64,000 nt of DNA from NCBI GenBank assembly GCA_951406725.2, contig OX597833.1, positions 57,102,001 through 57,166,000 on the forward strand, read 5' to 3'. The translations under genes were made by a program, and so were the position numbers. Below are positions 13,306 to 26,274 of the stretch, one piece after another (positions within the stretch are counted from its first letter, which is position 1; the number at the start of each line of letters is the position of its first letter). This stretch comes from Octopus vulgaris (taxonomy: Eukaryota). The notes under the pieces are model-generated. The model was not told the origin of the DNA and searched no databases. It saw nothing but the letters and a program-made list of their open reading frames with translations.

Positions 13306-16300
13306 TATCTTACCCTCAGTACTGCATTGTGTCCATAGCCAAGACACTTTAACTCTCAATGGACCAGTCCACCAAGTGTTAGACAGGTGTGGCAAGGTAG
13401 GGACAGCACGGGTGTTGGTTTACCAAATGATTTATTGACTTACAGTACTAGTTTCCAGCCATTCTTTGGGGAAAATTTACCTGCTAATGACAAGTTACCT
13501 CTCCCAGGGGAGATTAGTCTCTCATCTGCTTGGTACTACAAACCCTGGAGATGAGCACCAGGCTGTGTGACCATCAGGGCCAAATTAAGATGCATAGAGG
13601 ACCTATATACCAGAAATAACAGCCAAATCACTTACAAATTGTATGCTAGTATCTTAAAATGGAGAAAGACACATTAGTTAATGTGGTGTTAAAAATCCCT
13701 AAGAAAGGCAGGGTGGTCAGGATCGGAAGGGCTTTGATAATTGGTCTGCTCAATCAGGGTTGATCTAATTGGAGCTAAACAATAGCGACACAATTAATCA
13801 CACACACCAGTCTTTACTACACACACACACACTCACACACACACACGCTCACACTCACACACACACACTCACACACACATTCACACACTTTTACACATGC
13901 ACACACACACACACACACACACAGAGTTTCTGTCATATATCTGTCTGAATCAGTCAATACAAATGCATGCACAAGCTGTTTGTGACCAATGTGTATTCCT
14001 CACACATACACTCGAGGATACATTCACACATGCACACACACACACACAAACTGCTGGAGGAACTAGAAGGAAAGATTTCATCAATGAATAGAGAAAGACA
14101 ATAGCTGCTGCTGTGTACCAATTATTGCCAGTTTGCATGTCACCTAGCACGAAATAAATCAAGGAAATTAACATCAACCATCTAGTGAGCCAAAGAGGGC
14201 ACCCCTATGTGGTCACTCAGTCTGCCTGCTAGAAATGGCAACCAAGTCTTTCTCAAATCATACCCAACTGTTTTGCTGTCTACATTCAGTAAGTTTGCAC
14301 GATGTGCTAAGGGACTCATAGCACCATAAAGTGCTGGAATAAACACCACAAGGCATTTTGTCCAGTACTCCACAAAACCGAGGTACCGGTGATGGTGCCA
14401 CGTAAAAAGCACCCAGTATACTCAGTAAAGTGTAGGTAGTGGCTAGCAATTTTCTTCACTACTTCAGGGAGTGACAACCCTGCCTGACATGAGTCCCAGG
14501 CTCAGCTGGCCCTGGCTTATAGTACCCGGTATGGGCCCCTATCCAGGGTTACAGAAAGAAGACAACCTTCAAAGAAATCTGGAGTGGAGTCCCGTAGGTG
14601 ATTTAGTGTTCGACTGTACACTCTTCCGGTAGCTCCTGCAACCAAGCTGGTGCCAAACGTAATGCTCAGCACTCCTTTGGACTACGTCAGCAAGGTCAAG
14701 AGAGGAAAACTGATGATTGGGTTACCCAGGATTTTCTTACATCTAGCCCAGGCCTGCGCAAAACTGGAGAGGACATGAAATGTAAAAACCAGACTGGATT
14801 AGTTTATGTATAACTCATCAGAATATAAAGGTTTGCAACAAAATACTGCAAAGTATTTTGTCAAAAACTCTACTGGAATTGCCAATAAACCAAACAATAA
14901 TGATTTCAAATTTTGGCACGAGGCCACCAATTTTGTGAGGTGGAGGTGAGTCAATTACATCGACCCCAGTACTTAACTGGTACTTATTTTATCAACCCCA
15001 AAAGGATGAAAGGCAACATCGACTTTGGCGAAATTTGAACCCAGAACAATAAACCGTATAATTGCTAAATATTTAGCTGTGAACTAACATCTTGTCCTAG
15101 CATATCAAGAAGAAACTGTCTCCTAATGTCATCACCCCATTGATGTATATAATTAATTAGAAAAATAATCAAGTTATTCATTCTGTTTATCACACCTAGG
15201 TGAGATAATGAATTATTGGTTAATTAATATAATTACATTGACTAATGTGCACTGAGACATATAAATTGATTTCTTTTAAGATTATCATCTTGTGGATTAT
15301 TAATGCCATCTTTAGAGATGAAGTGAAAAATTAGCAGAATCAGTGGAGCATCGGATAGAACAACTTGTGACCTTTGTTGCAGCATTCTGAGCTCAAATCT
15401 AGATCGACTTTACCTTCCTTCTTTTTGGGGTCCTGGATGGTGGGTTGGCAGAATTGTTAGAGTATTGGACGGGGGCACCTTCTGACATCTCTTTTGAAGT
15501 TTTGTGTTCCGAGTTTGAAATGACTAGCTGTGTGGTCGAGAAGTTTGCTTCCCAACCACATGGACCTTGGATTGACCAATGCCTCATGAATGAATTTGGT
15601 AGATGGAAACTGTGTAGAAGCCCTTTGTATATATATATATATATATATATATATGTTTCTTTACTGCCCATAAGGGGCTAAATATAGAGGGGACAAACAA
15701 GGATAGACAAAGGGATTAAGTCGATTACATCGACCCCAGTGCGTAACTGGTACTTTATTTATAGACCCCGAAAGGATAAAAGGCAAAGTCGACCTTGGCG
15801 GAATTTGAACTCAGAGCGTAATGGCAGATGAAATACGGCTACGCATTTCGCCTGGCGTGCTAACGTTTCTGCCAGCTCACACAACAAACATGCACATATA
15901 TATATATATATGTATGCTTGAGTGTGTGTGTTTGTTGTCCTTCCCCACTACTTGACAAGTAGTGTTGGTTTGTTGATGTCCTCATAACTTTGCAGTTTGT
16001 CAAAAGAGACTGATAAAATAAGTAACAGACTTTAAGAAACAACAACCAAAAAACATAACATAATTAGTGGGATTAATTTGTTTCACTAAAGCCCTTCAAG
16101 GTGGTGCTCCAGCATGGCCAGAGTCTGGTGATTGAAACAAGTAAAGGATAACAGATGTACTGTAGCTTATAGTCAGTACACAGTCTCTCCTTTGTATACA
16201 GTTGTTCTACAAGAAACCAGTGGATGGTTCCTATTTTTATTTTTCATCTGAATAAAAACAGGATAGCCATGGTTGGAATGCCTTTAATCATAGGCCTAGT

Positions 16301-17092
16301 CAACCGGAGGTGACTCTGGGATGGGTGAGGACTAAGCAGCAACAGCAATTATGGAAATCCAAGTGCATTTTGTGGAATCGGTGTGATCATTGATTGAAGA
16401 CAATGGCAACATTCCACACCAACAGGCAATGGTTGCATTGACGTTATTCAAGTAGATGCTTGGAAGCTTCTCAGGTTGTTAAATTAAAAATATTCCGATC
16501 AGTTTGGCAATCCACAATCGAGATTATTCTCCTCTTTAGTTATTTGATCTTGGCATTAACCCTTCAGTTACCATATCTCTGTTGAAATATGCTGCCTTTG
16601 TTTCAGTTAAATTTTGGAAATAGTAAAGAATTTCATCATCGTTTAACGTCCGTTTTCCGTGCTAGCACAGGTTTGACCGGGGTCTGGGAGGCCAGGAGGC
16701 TGCACCAGGCTCCAGTCTGATCTGGCAGTGTTTCTACAGCTGGATGCCCTTCCTAACGCCAACCACTCTGAGTATAGTGGGTGCTTTTTACGTGCTACCA
16801 GCACAGGTGCCAGGGGAGGCTGGCAGCAGCCAAGATCGGTTGGTGCTTTTTACGTGCCACCGGCATAGGTGCCAGGGGAGGCTGGCAGCAGCCACGATCG
16901 GTTGGTGCTTTTTACGTGCCACCGGCACAGAAGCCAGTCATGGTGGCACTGGCATCGGCCACGTTTGGATGGTGCTTTTTACGTGCCACCGACACAGGTA
17001 TCACAACTACCATTTCCATTTGATATTTATTTTGATGTTGATGTACTTGACTCAATAGGTCTCATATTAGTGATATAATTAAGCTGGTTTGA

Positions 17093-17675
17093 AGGTGCAT
17101 TGCTCAGTGGTTAGAGCGTCGGGCTCACAATCACGAGGTAGTGAGTTCCATTCCCGGATCCGGCTGTGTGTTGTGTTCTTGCGCAAGGCACTTTATTTCA
17201 TGTTGCTCCATTCCCATCAGCTGTAGAAATGAGTTGTGATGTCTCTGGTACCAAGCTGTATCAGCCTTTGCCTTTCCCTTGGATAACATCGGTGGCGTGG
17301 AGAGGGAAGGCTGGTATGCATGGGCGACTGCTGGTCTGTCATAAACAACCATGGGGTGGAGGAATTTAGAAGAAAGGTCTTGGGTGGCTGTGTGTGGTAA
17401 GTAGATTGCTTACCAACCACATGGTTCCAGGTTCATTCCCACTCTGTGGTGCCTTCGGTAAGTGTCTTCTACTATAGCCTCAGGCTGACCAAAGCCTAAT
17501 GAGTGGATTTGGTAGACGGAAACTGAAAGAAGTCCATCGTATGTATGTATATGTTTGTGTGTCTGTGTTTGTCCTCCAACCATCACTTGAGAACCGATGT
17601 TGGTGTGTTTACATCCCCGTAACTTAGCAGTTCAGGAAAAGAGACCAATAGAATAAGTACTAGGCTTACAAAGAA
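17093..17675 (+). mobile_element. Composite (dimeric) SINE: distinct tRNA-headed left monomer joined to family A
   Basis: The same junction (ggggtggaggaatttagaagaaaggtcttg-gtggctgtgtgg) is present in reverse at ~54410-54975. Confidence 0.7.
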
Positions 17676-18039
17676 TCTCTCTATATATAAATGGCAAAAT
17701 GTCTGTGTGCGTGTCCTTTATACAAATCCACAATTTTTCAGTTAGAGGGCTCACACTTCCTATGGTCATTCAAAACTGTCCAAGGGTGGTCGTGCACATC
17801 TTTACATTTCCCCAGTCACCCCGCAAAGCCATAAAAAATTCAATAGAAGTGACTTTTTTGTGAATTTTCTATCCAAAACCCAATCAAAATGCCCGAAACT
17901 TGATACGCCAACTGAATACCAGCTAGCTGTATGTGATTGGTCGGAGATTTGGACAGTACTCACGTGTATGTGCGTATGCACGCATATGTATATGCATGCA
18001 CTAGCACTATTACCTGGCAACGCCGGGTCATAGTGCTAG
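17676..18039 (+). mobile_element. Non-autonomous Helitron inserted at an A|T site in a SINE
   Basis: 5' TCTCTCTATATATAAA, hairpin acctggcaacgccgggt, 3' CTAG. Flanks aagaA|...|Taa restore the SINE consensus aagaataa with no TSD. Confidence 0.8.
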
Positions 18040-18319
18040 TAACAGAATAAAAGAATATCCTCAGACTGAAAATCTGACCCGAATGTTTGCTGCAGAAAGG
18101 TCTCTGCCAAAACACACACAAGAGCCATGCGGTGGTGTTAAACTGAATGATAGATGCCCTGAAAATCAGATGGGATGGTCACACCTGGGATTGTCTTTCA
18201 TCATAGGACTGAGCTGCAACTAAACCACCACCAACAACAACAACAAATACTGTTAGCAATTTTCTTTTCTTTTCAAACATGAAGAGATGAGTTAAAGTGA
18301 ATGGCATAGAAGATTATCA

Positions 18320-18350
<31 letters not shown>

Positions 18351-19587
18351 TGCCCCAAAGGCATGGCATAATCTCTTAGATCTATCAAGTTTTCCATACG
18401 TTTACTTGCCATGCTGTATGAACCTTGACTATGTTTCATAATTTACTGGAGTGTATACAGCAAATCTAAAAGATTTTGCTCAATAGCTGCAAGGGGAAAC
18501 TAAATTAACAGGAAGAAAGAAAAATAATAGCATAAAGCTTGCAACTATTTCATTCCATTGAAATATTGTAATAGCATTTAAAAAAAAAAAATTTTTTTTT
18601 TAACATATTTTTTACTTTTTTTCTCGTTTTTTTTTAAGTCTTTTCATAAGATGGCTAGAACTCACATATTACTATTAAAATAGTTTTCAAAGGTTGGGGG
18701 GTTGGAGGGGGGGTGAGAGAAATTTGAAATTCCTGCATTTAATTCAAGGAAAAAAAAACTTTAAAAAAATAAATAAATAAAAACTCAAAGAAAATCAATA
18801 ATAATTTTTACGTTGGTTGAAAATAAATGTTATATTTTGTTAGAATTTGGTTTACAAAAAGAAAAAAAAAAGGAAAAAAGAAAAAAAAAAGAAAAAACAA
18901 AAACAGAATTTCCAACTGTTAAAGACTTGTGTTGTTAACTATTGGTAAAAACCAACTTGAAATTTGTTAGAATCTAACGAAAAATGTAATTAAGATTTCT
19001 AATTACCAGAATCGTTGAATCAATTATCTCATTTATTTATAAATTTGTTTATTTTGGAACTGTTATAATTCTTTAAATGATTAAATTTATCAATTTTTAG
19101 TATTTATTAGTTAATAACAATTAATATTTCTTGCTCTCTTTTTGACTACAATTGTTTCAGGTTGTTACTCCCTGATGAAATATAAATGTTGATAACTGTT
19201 GCAAACTATTGCTTATGTTTCATATATTTACTTGTTGCTATCTCTGGTTCATGGAGGCGCAGTGGCCCAGTGGTTAGGGCAGCGGACTCGCGGTTGGAGG
19301 ATCGCGGTTTCGATTCCCAGACTGGGCGTTGTGTGCGTTTATTGAGCGAAAACACCTAAAGCTCTACGAGGCTTCTACAGCTGGATGTCCTTCTTAACGC
19401 CAACCACACCAAGAGTGTAGTGGGCGCTTTTTACGTGCCACCAGCACAGGGGCCAGAAGAGCTGTCATCGACCATGATCAGATGGTGCTTTTTATGTGCC
19501 ACTGGTATGAAACAACAACCCTTAAATGATGGGAAAGAGTAGCATTAATATGGGTTGCCAAATGGCAAAAAAACAAATTATCTCTTC

Positions 19588-19806
19588 TTAACCCTTTAGC
19601 ATTTAAACCGGCCAAAAGTATTCTGCCTGTTCTATGTTCAAACTGGCCAGATCTGGTCTCTCACACCAACCCTACAATGTCGTTTTAAAAATTACCAGCT
19701 ACCTCATCAAAATCTCAAAGCTACGAGATAATGCAGGATTAGTTCAAAGCAATGTGGATAAAAAAGGATTAATTTTGGTAGAATAATGTGAACACTAAAG
19801 GGTTAA
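19588..19806. mobile_element. piggyBac-type MITE
   Basis: TTAA-CCCTTTAG...CTAAAGGG-TTAA terminal inverted repeats with TTAA duplication. Degenerate relatives near 33430-33643, 52895-53096 and 55460-56281. Confidence 0.75.
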
Positions 19807-20284
19807 AGTAATTTTTATAGTTATTTTCACTTTGAGCAAGTGCACAAGATGTCTGTAATAATGTTAATCTTTTGCACAATAAAATTTACAATCCTATTAT
19901 TGAAAAGTGCCATGAAATATTCACTTTCCTCTCATGATGGTTGTATCCATGTAAAGTTTTTGAAACATCAATTGATGATGTCTGCTGTTCTCTGAAGAAA
20001 CATTGGTTGATGATGTCTGCCATTTAAGTATAAAAATATTGTAAGCCATTATCTATTGTTAGGGTAATAACAGATAAGACTTTCTTGACAATTGCAGCGA
20101 GATCAAACGAGACTATATTTTTTAATCTGTATGATAGGTGTGGGCATGGTTGGGTGGTAAAATGTTTGCTTCCCAGCCATATGGTTCCAGGTTCCATCCC
20201 ACTGTGTGGCAATTTGAATAAGTGTCTTACTACTATAGCCTTGGGCTGACCTGAATTTAGTAGACGGAAACTGAAAGAAGTCTG

Positions 20285-20320
<36 letters not shown>

Positions 20321-20339
20321 TTTCGTAATGAGATAAAAA

Positions 20340-20430
20340 ACCAAGGCTGAGTAGATTTTAGAACATTTATAGATAGGTCTTACAGCTGTTTCGAGGATAT
20401 TTATTATATCCCTTCATTGGAGATGGTGTG
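20340..20430 (-). mobile_element. Penelope-like pLTR remnant with degenerate hammerhead motif
   Basis: Minus strand reads tct-CCAATGA-agggatat-aataa-atatcctc-GAAA-cagct-GTA-aga. Confidence 0.4.
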
Positions 20431-22091
20431 AGAGAATAGTTAAGTAATAGTTAATTCAGATATGATACAAAATAGAGAGTGAGGTGGAGGAAAGAAAATA
20501 GATGTGAGATATGTAGGGATATTGAATTTGTAGATCCATTTTTTAGGCAGAATGGTATACATGTAAGATTCCAATACTTTGAGTAAAATCCAACAGTATT
20601 TAAAATATGTGTGTGTATGAGTGTGTCTTTGTGACTGTGTTTATCTGCCACCACTGCTTGACAACCAGTGTTGGTGTGTTTATGTCCCTGTAACTTAGCG
20701 GTTCGGTAAAAGAGACCAGTAGAATAAATACTGGAGTTGATTCATTTGGCTAAGAAGAATTCATCAAGGTAGTGCCCCAGCATGACCACAGTCTAACGAT
20801 TGAAACAAATGAAAAACAAAAGATAATGATAATAATAATAATAATAATATTAATCCTTTCTACTATAGGCACAAGGCCTGAAATTTTGGGGAGGGGGCTA
20901 GTCGATTACACAACCCCAGTGTTTCACTGGTACTTATTTCATTGCCCCTGAAAGAATGAAAGGCAAAGTTGACCTTGGTGAGATTTGAACTCAGAGCATT
21001 TAAGAGCCAAAAGAAACACTGCAAATACAGCACTTTAACAATTCTGCCAATCCCACTGTTATGATGATGATAATGATGGTGATGATAAATAGGAGAGGAA
21101 GGAGGACGATGATGATGATGGTGGTGGTAGTGGTGATGAGGATGATGAGGAGGACAATGATGATGATGATAGGTTTCAAGTAAGCATGAGGGAGAGGTTG
21201 TTGCCAAGAGACAAGGCAAGATCTAAAACAAACGAACAAGAAAGCTTTAGCGCAACTGCTGGAACTGCTAGAAATAGCAGCTAAATTTTGCTGAAATAAT
21301 AAATACCCTTACCTTCTTTAAAAAACAATTAAAGGGACACATTGGATGATGTTTGGCTTCCCACACAGTGTTGCACCTGAAACAAAATAGCTGAAAGCAC
21401 AAAAACAAAGCAAAAACAGAAAAATCACTGGCTGGGCACAGCTGGTTACACCTTTGATCATTGGTCTGCCTATGATCATTGGTTTGCCTGTGGTTAAACA
21501 ACATCAACACCGAGAACTGAATAACCATGCAGTAGTTTTATACAACAGTTCATGCAAGACACATACAAGCAGTATTCCAAGTGTTTTGGTATCAAAAAAG
21601 TTTCAGGGTGTAGAATAGGGGAATGGTGTATTTTATGGTATTTTCTCATTTTTATTTTTATTTTTATCTTGTTTTATTTTTTGCACATTTCTTACCTTCA
21701 AAACCCTACCTGAACAGATAGTGAAGCCTGGGGCAGTCTTCTGCCTAGCCAGCCCCTGAAAAACTGTCCAACCCATGCCAGCATGGAAAAGTACGTTAAT
21801 TGATGATGATGATGATGGTGATTTCTTCATTTACTCTTTTACTTGTTGCAGTCAGACTGTGGCCACGCTGGAGCACCAACTTGTAGGATTAGCCAAACAA
21901 ATCGATCATAGTTATAAGCAGCTATCTTTCCCTTTTTTCTGGTGAGGATGTAGTCAATTTGGCTAGTGTGTCTGCTGTGTGTGCTTTGAGTAGACGTACC
22001 TGAGTGAATATAGGTATTTATGTAGATGTGTGTGTATTCGTCTCTATGTTTATGAATATGTATGCAGATATATATTTCTGTGTATGATATC

Positions 22092-22324
22092 TTATTTCTT
22101 TACTGCTCACAAGGGGCTAAACACAGAGGGGACAAACAAGGACAGACAAAGGGATTAAGTTGATTATATTGACCCCAGTGCATAACTGGTACTTATTTAA
22201 TCAATCCTGAGAGGATGAAAGGCAAAGTCGACCTCGGCGGAATTTGAACTCTGAACGTAGCAGCAGTCGAAATACTGCTAAGCATTTTGCCTGGTGTGCT
22301 AACGTTTCTGCCAGCTGGCCGCCT
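22092..22324 (-). mobile_element. SINE family B copy with ~17-bp TSD
   Basis: atttctgtgtatgatat flanks both sides. Other copies at ~7359-7590, 15655-15880, 36357-36597, 45178-45410 and 55785-56191. Confidence 0.88.
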
Positions 22325-24472
22325 TGTGAATTTCTGTGTATGATATTTGAATACTTATATATTTGTACTCATTTGTAGGTGATTTTTGTGTTTGTAAAAT
22401 ATAAAAAATATAAAAGAGAGAGAGAGAGAGTAATGTATGTGCGCGCATGGTTAAGATGAGGGCAATATTGGATTGCAGTTTCTGACAGGTGAAAGCCAGT
22501 ATTAAACTTCCTGTATCCTGTCTCGTTAATGACTATCACCTGCTGGCATATGATACAGCTGATAGTTCCATATAGTGAAATCCGTTGAAATTCAATGTTC
22601 TAGACTGGCAGGCTCTTAGTTTCATATGGTCATATCAGTTTTAGTTTGTTTTAACGAGCTGGAAAAGAGCCATTAGCACATCCGAGGTGCTGGAATGTTT
22701 TAAGTCTGTTGTAACTGGTTGGTATATAGTAAGTAACTCATCTGGCTGTAGCATCTTAAACCTGTCAAAGTATATTGTCGATTACACCAAGACATTCTTT
22801 AAATTGCATAGATTTCTAAGAATTTTGCCATGTTGGTCTCCAATCTCTAGTCTACATTCTGGGACATAAAAACCAACCTAAAGTACTTTCCAAGTTGAAA
22901 TTGCTCGTATGTTGGCTCCTTTTACATGTGTGTGTGTAAATATTTGTGTATACGGACATACCATAAATCCTCGAGTATAGTCCAGCCTTGAGTATAATAC
23001 GCAGGGGATTTTTAGGAGGCTGTACCTCTGAAAAACCTGAACCTTGTGCATAATACACACCCCTTCTCTAACTTGAGTCAAGGAGGTTTATATTACATCC
23101 TTAGTTTGTAAAACTGTATACGGTAACGTCCTTTATTATTATTGTATATATAACATAATGCAAACGTGTAGCTTTTTTGTGCATTTTGTTTGCAAAAAAT
23201 AAAGAAATGACAGTAATAACGTTTAATAAATGTTGCTTACTGCAAGTTATGGATGATTCTTTTATGACTTCATTGCTTTCAGGCTTAGCTTAAGGTATTT
23301 TCGCACCTGACATCACAAAATGCTTGAAAAATTGTGAAGATATTAAGATATTTGTCTTAACATGAAACCATTGGTAGCCTCAATACATAAATTTTATCCA
23401 CCAATGCAGTGTTGAGCACTCATTCTCGTTCGACACACACACACACATAATATTGGTTTCAAATGTTGGCACAAGGCCAGCAATTTTGGGGAAGGGGGTC
23501 AGTTTAGCCATCTTTACTATAAATTGTGTATTTCTTTAATTTTTTATGTGTTTTATTCACTGGACTGCAGCCATGCCGGGATACCATCTTGTAGATTTAG
23601 TCAGACAAATCAACCCCAGTATTTATTTTTAGGTCTGGCATTTATTCTTTTGAGGTCAGGTTAGGGGATCTCATCACAGGCTGATGAGACCTGCTACTGG
23701 TGCCAATGTAAACCAGCACTACCTGTTCCATGGTCAAGTGGTCAGTGACCAAACTGGCTCCCTCACTTGAGTAGCTTGCTACTCTTGTAAGGCGGACGTC
23801 AGGACACCCAGCGGGACTAAAAACAAGACCCGTTGAAGGGCAGATGAGCATCTTGTGGGCCAACAGCCATCCAGTTCAGGAAGGCAGTTACAAACCACCC
23901 CAATATCTCTGCCAAGAAAAACACTATGAAAGTCAAATTGAATTAATGTTATAGCCTCAACCAATGGGAGAAACTTATGCTTGATTGAGAAGATCTTTGT
24001 TGAAGTGTCATCAACACACTGCAAAAGCATTGGATACTTGATGGCAACTTATTCTATCAGCCTCAAAAGCTGTCAGTTTAACCATCATTAACAGTGGATG
24101 TAGTAACAGCAGCCACTTGTTAATTTAGCCATCTTTGCTCCAAATTATCGAACCATTAAGTAGTTCTTAAAAGAGTATATTTCCACAGCTCTTTAAGAAT
24201 ACTCACTAACAAATGGTTGGTGGGAATTATTTAATCGGAATCGCTGTCGTTCAAGTGCTTCCACTTGAAGATTTACAGAAAGAGTAAACCCAGTAACGAA
24301 TGTTATTGTTATTTATCTTATTGCTAATCAGTTTTCTCTCACAGCTGAATTCTCTGATATCACGAAATATTGATCTTTTAGCATTTTCACCATCACTGCC
24401 ATTAGCATTATTGTCCTCATTGGTGCTGTTGGTGAGCCAAATGAACCTTTACATGGTTGGTAGATCTGTTGT

Positions 24473-24858
24473 GTGGAGGCGCAATGGCCCAGTGGTTAGG
24501 GCAGCGGACTCGCAATCATAGGACCGCGGTTTCGATTCCCAGACCGGGCGTTGTGAGTGTTTATTGAGCAAAAACACCTAAAAGCTCCACGAGGCTCCAG
24601 CAGGGGATGGTGGTGATCCCTGCTGTACTCTTTCACCACAACTTTCTCTCACTCTTACTTCCTGTTTCTGTTGTACCTGTATTTCAAGGGGCCAACCTTG
24701 TCACTCCCTGTGTCACGCTGAATATCCCTGAGAACTACGTTAAGGGTACACGTGTCTGTGGAGTGCTCAGCCACTTACACGTTAATTTCATGAGCAGGCT
24801 GTTCCGTTGATTCGGATCAACCGGAACTCTCATCGTCGTAACCGACGGAGTACTTCTA
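24473..24858 (+). mobile_element. tRNA-derived SINE family C, full-length
   Basis: tggaggcgcaatggcccagtggttagggcagcggactcgc...gtttcgattccc tRNA-like head; tail gtcgtaaccgacggagt. Confidence 0.9.
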
Positions 24859-24963
24859 TCCAGATCTGCTGTAAATAGCAGCCAAATTGCCATCAAATCA
24901 CACTCCAGTCTTCATTTTTTATCTTATAGTTCGACCTGGGTGGAGCTGGCATGAGACCAGAGG

Positions 24964-25344
24964 GATCTTTACCTTTTGACCGACAGATTTTTAAAATAAT
25001 TTTTTGTAACTAAACACTTTCAAACTTCGGACCCTAACCCTAAAACCTTAAAACCAGTACAAACGCATGAACGATGTCATAAATATAACAGTGACAAACG
25101 AAATATACACCGCTGGAAGTTGTTGTTGACAAACAACGGCAGTAATTTTATTCAGCTTGATACACGCCATTGATTGGTTGAAATTACCGAAATATGAGAA
25201 ATTTAAGGTGAAATATCTTCGTAAATATAAGTTTTTCTCAAAAATGCTAAGAGTAAAAGATGTTTTATATGACACATTCTACCAGTGTCCGAAGTTTGAA
25301 GGTGTTTAGATTTTTTAAATCTGTAGGTCAAAAGGTAACGATCT
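24964..25344. mobile_element. MITE with ~65-bp imperfect TIRs and 8-9 bp TSD (Mutator- or hAT-like)
   Basis: gatctttaccttttgacc...aaacttcggac and gtccgaagttt...ggtcaaaaggtaacgatc; gaccagagg is repeated at 24955-24963 and 25345-25353. Confidence 0.8.
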
Positions 25345-26274
25345 GACCAGAGGACACACTATCATATAATGTATTCCTACCCCCTCTCTCCCTCTAATTG
25401 TTATTGATGTTAAGCAAGATGTTAAGCAGCTACACTTGCTAGAAATAATAGCCAAATTTCTCTTAACTCACATTTCAGTCATTACTTTCTACCAACGGTT
25501 TGGCTTTGGGAGAGACAAGTTCTTCAAGGCTGATAGGACCCATGTTATCGATGTTCTTCATACACAGTGGCTGCAGGTAAGACATGGACAAATTCTCCTC
25601 CTCTGTTTTTAACCAGAATCATGGTCTTGTATGTATCAAACAGTTTTTCTTTTTTTTTCGATTCATAGTTATTTTCTTTACCTTCTAATATTTCACCCTA
25701 GAGTGAGAATTATGTTATTTAGCCCCAAGGTAAGCCCTGACCAAGCAGACTTCTCATCAAAATCATTCCAGTTATGACCATCCACCCTCTCCCTTTGTAG
25801 ATCAGAAACTGTGTTATCCAGTGTATACTGTTTTAAGACAAATGTGATCTGAGGAAGATTTAGCAGTAATTTCTAGCAGGTCAATTTACAGCGTAGAGGC
25901 TTCATCACTGGCTTAAATTGAAAGTTGTGCCTCTTTTTTTTTTTTTTCCTCCAGACACATTCTCAGAAAGAAGTCAGTATGTGTCTTGCCCCAGGACCTA
26001 ATGCCGTACTTTTAGGGCGTGAAACATGATTTAAAAAAAAATCCTTTTTATTTTTTAGCGAAATCCAATTTTGCTAAATCAATATTTTTTTCTAATAGAA
26101 TACCCCTCTTTACTCATTCCGAGAAATGCTGACTGTGTAGCAAGTTTTCTACTGGAATTTTCATTTTTCTACTTTACAACCACTTTGCTTAATAGCAATA
26201 TTGAATTAATTATCAGTAAGTGGTTGGTAATCTGTTTAAATTTTTCTACTGACCCCACCACTTCAGAATGAGAG

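Noticed and set aside
14470-14790. GC-richer islands at 14470-14790 and 23650-23900 as exons
   Set aside because: No consistent splice sites with an open frame; they look more like old retroelement UTR fragments.
22440-22850. Degraded Penelope GIY-YIG coding remnant
   Set aside because: Only vague similarity across multiple frameshifts; cannot be supported without a profile search.
24473-24550. tRNA gene
   Set aside because: It is the head of a multi-copy SINE, continuing into the SINE body and lacking a proper acceptor stem. The same holds for the other tRNA-like heads.
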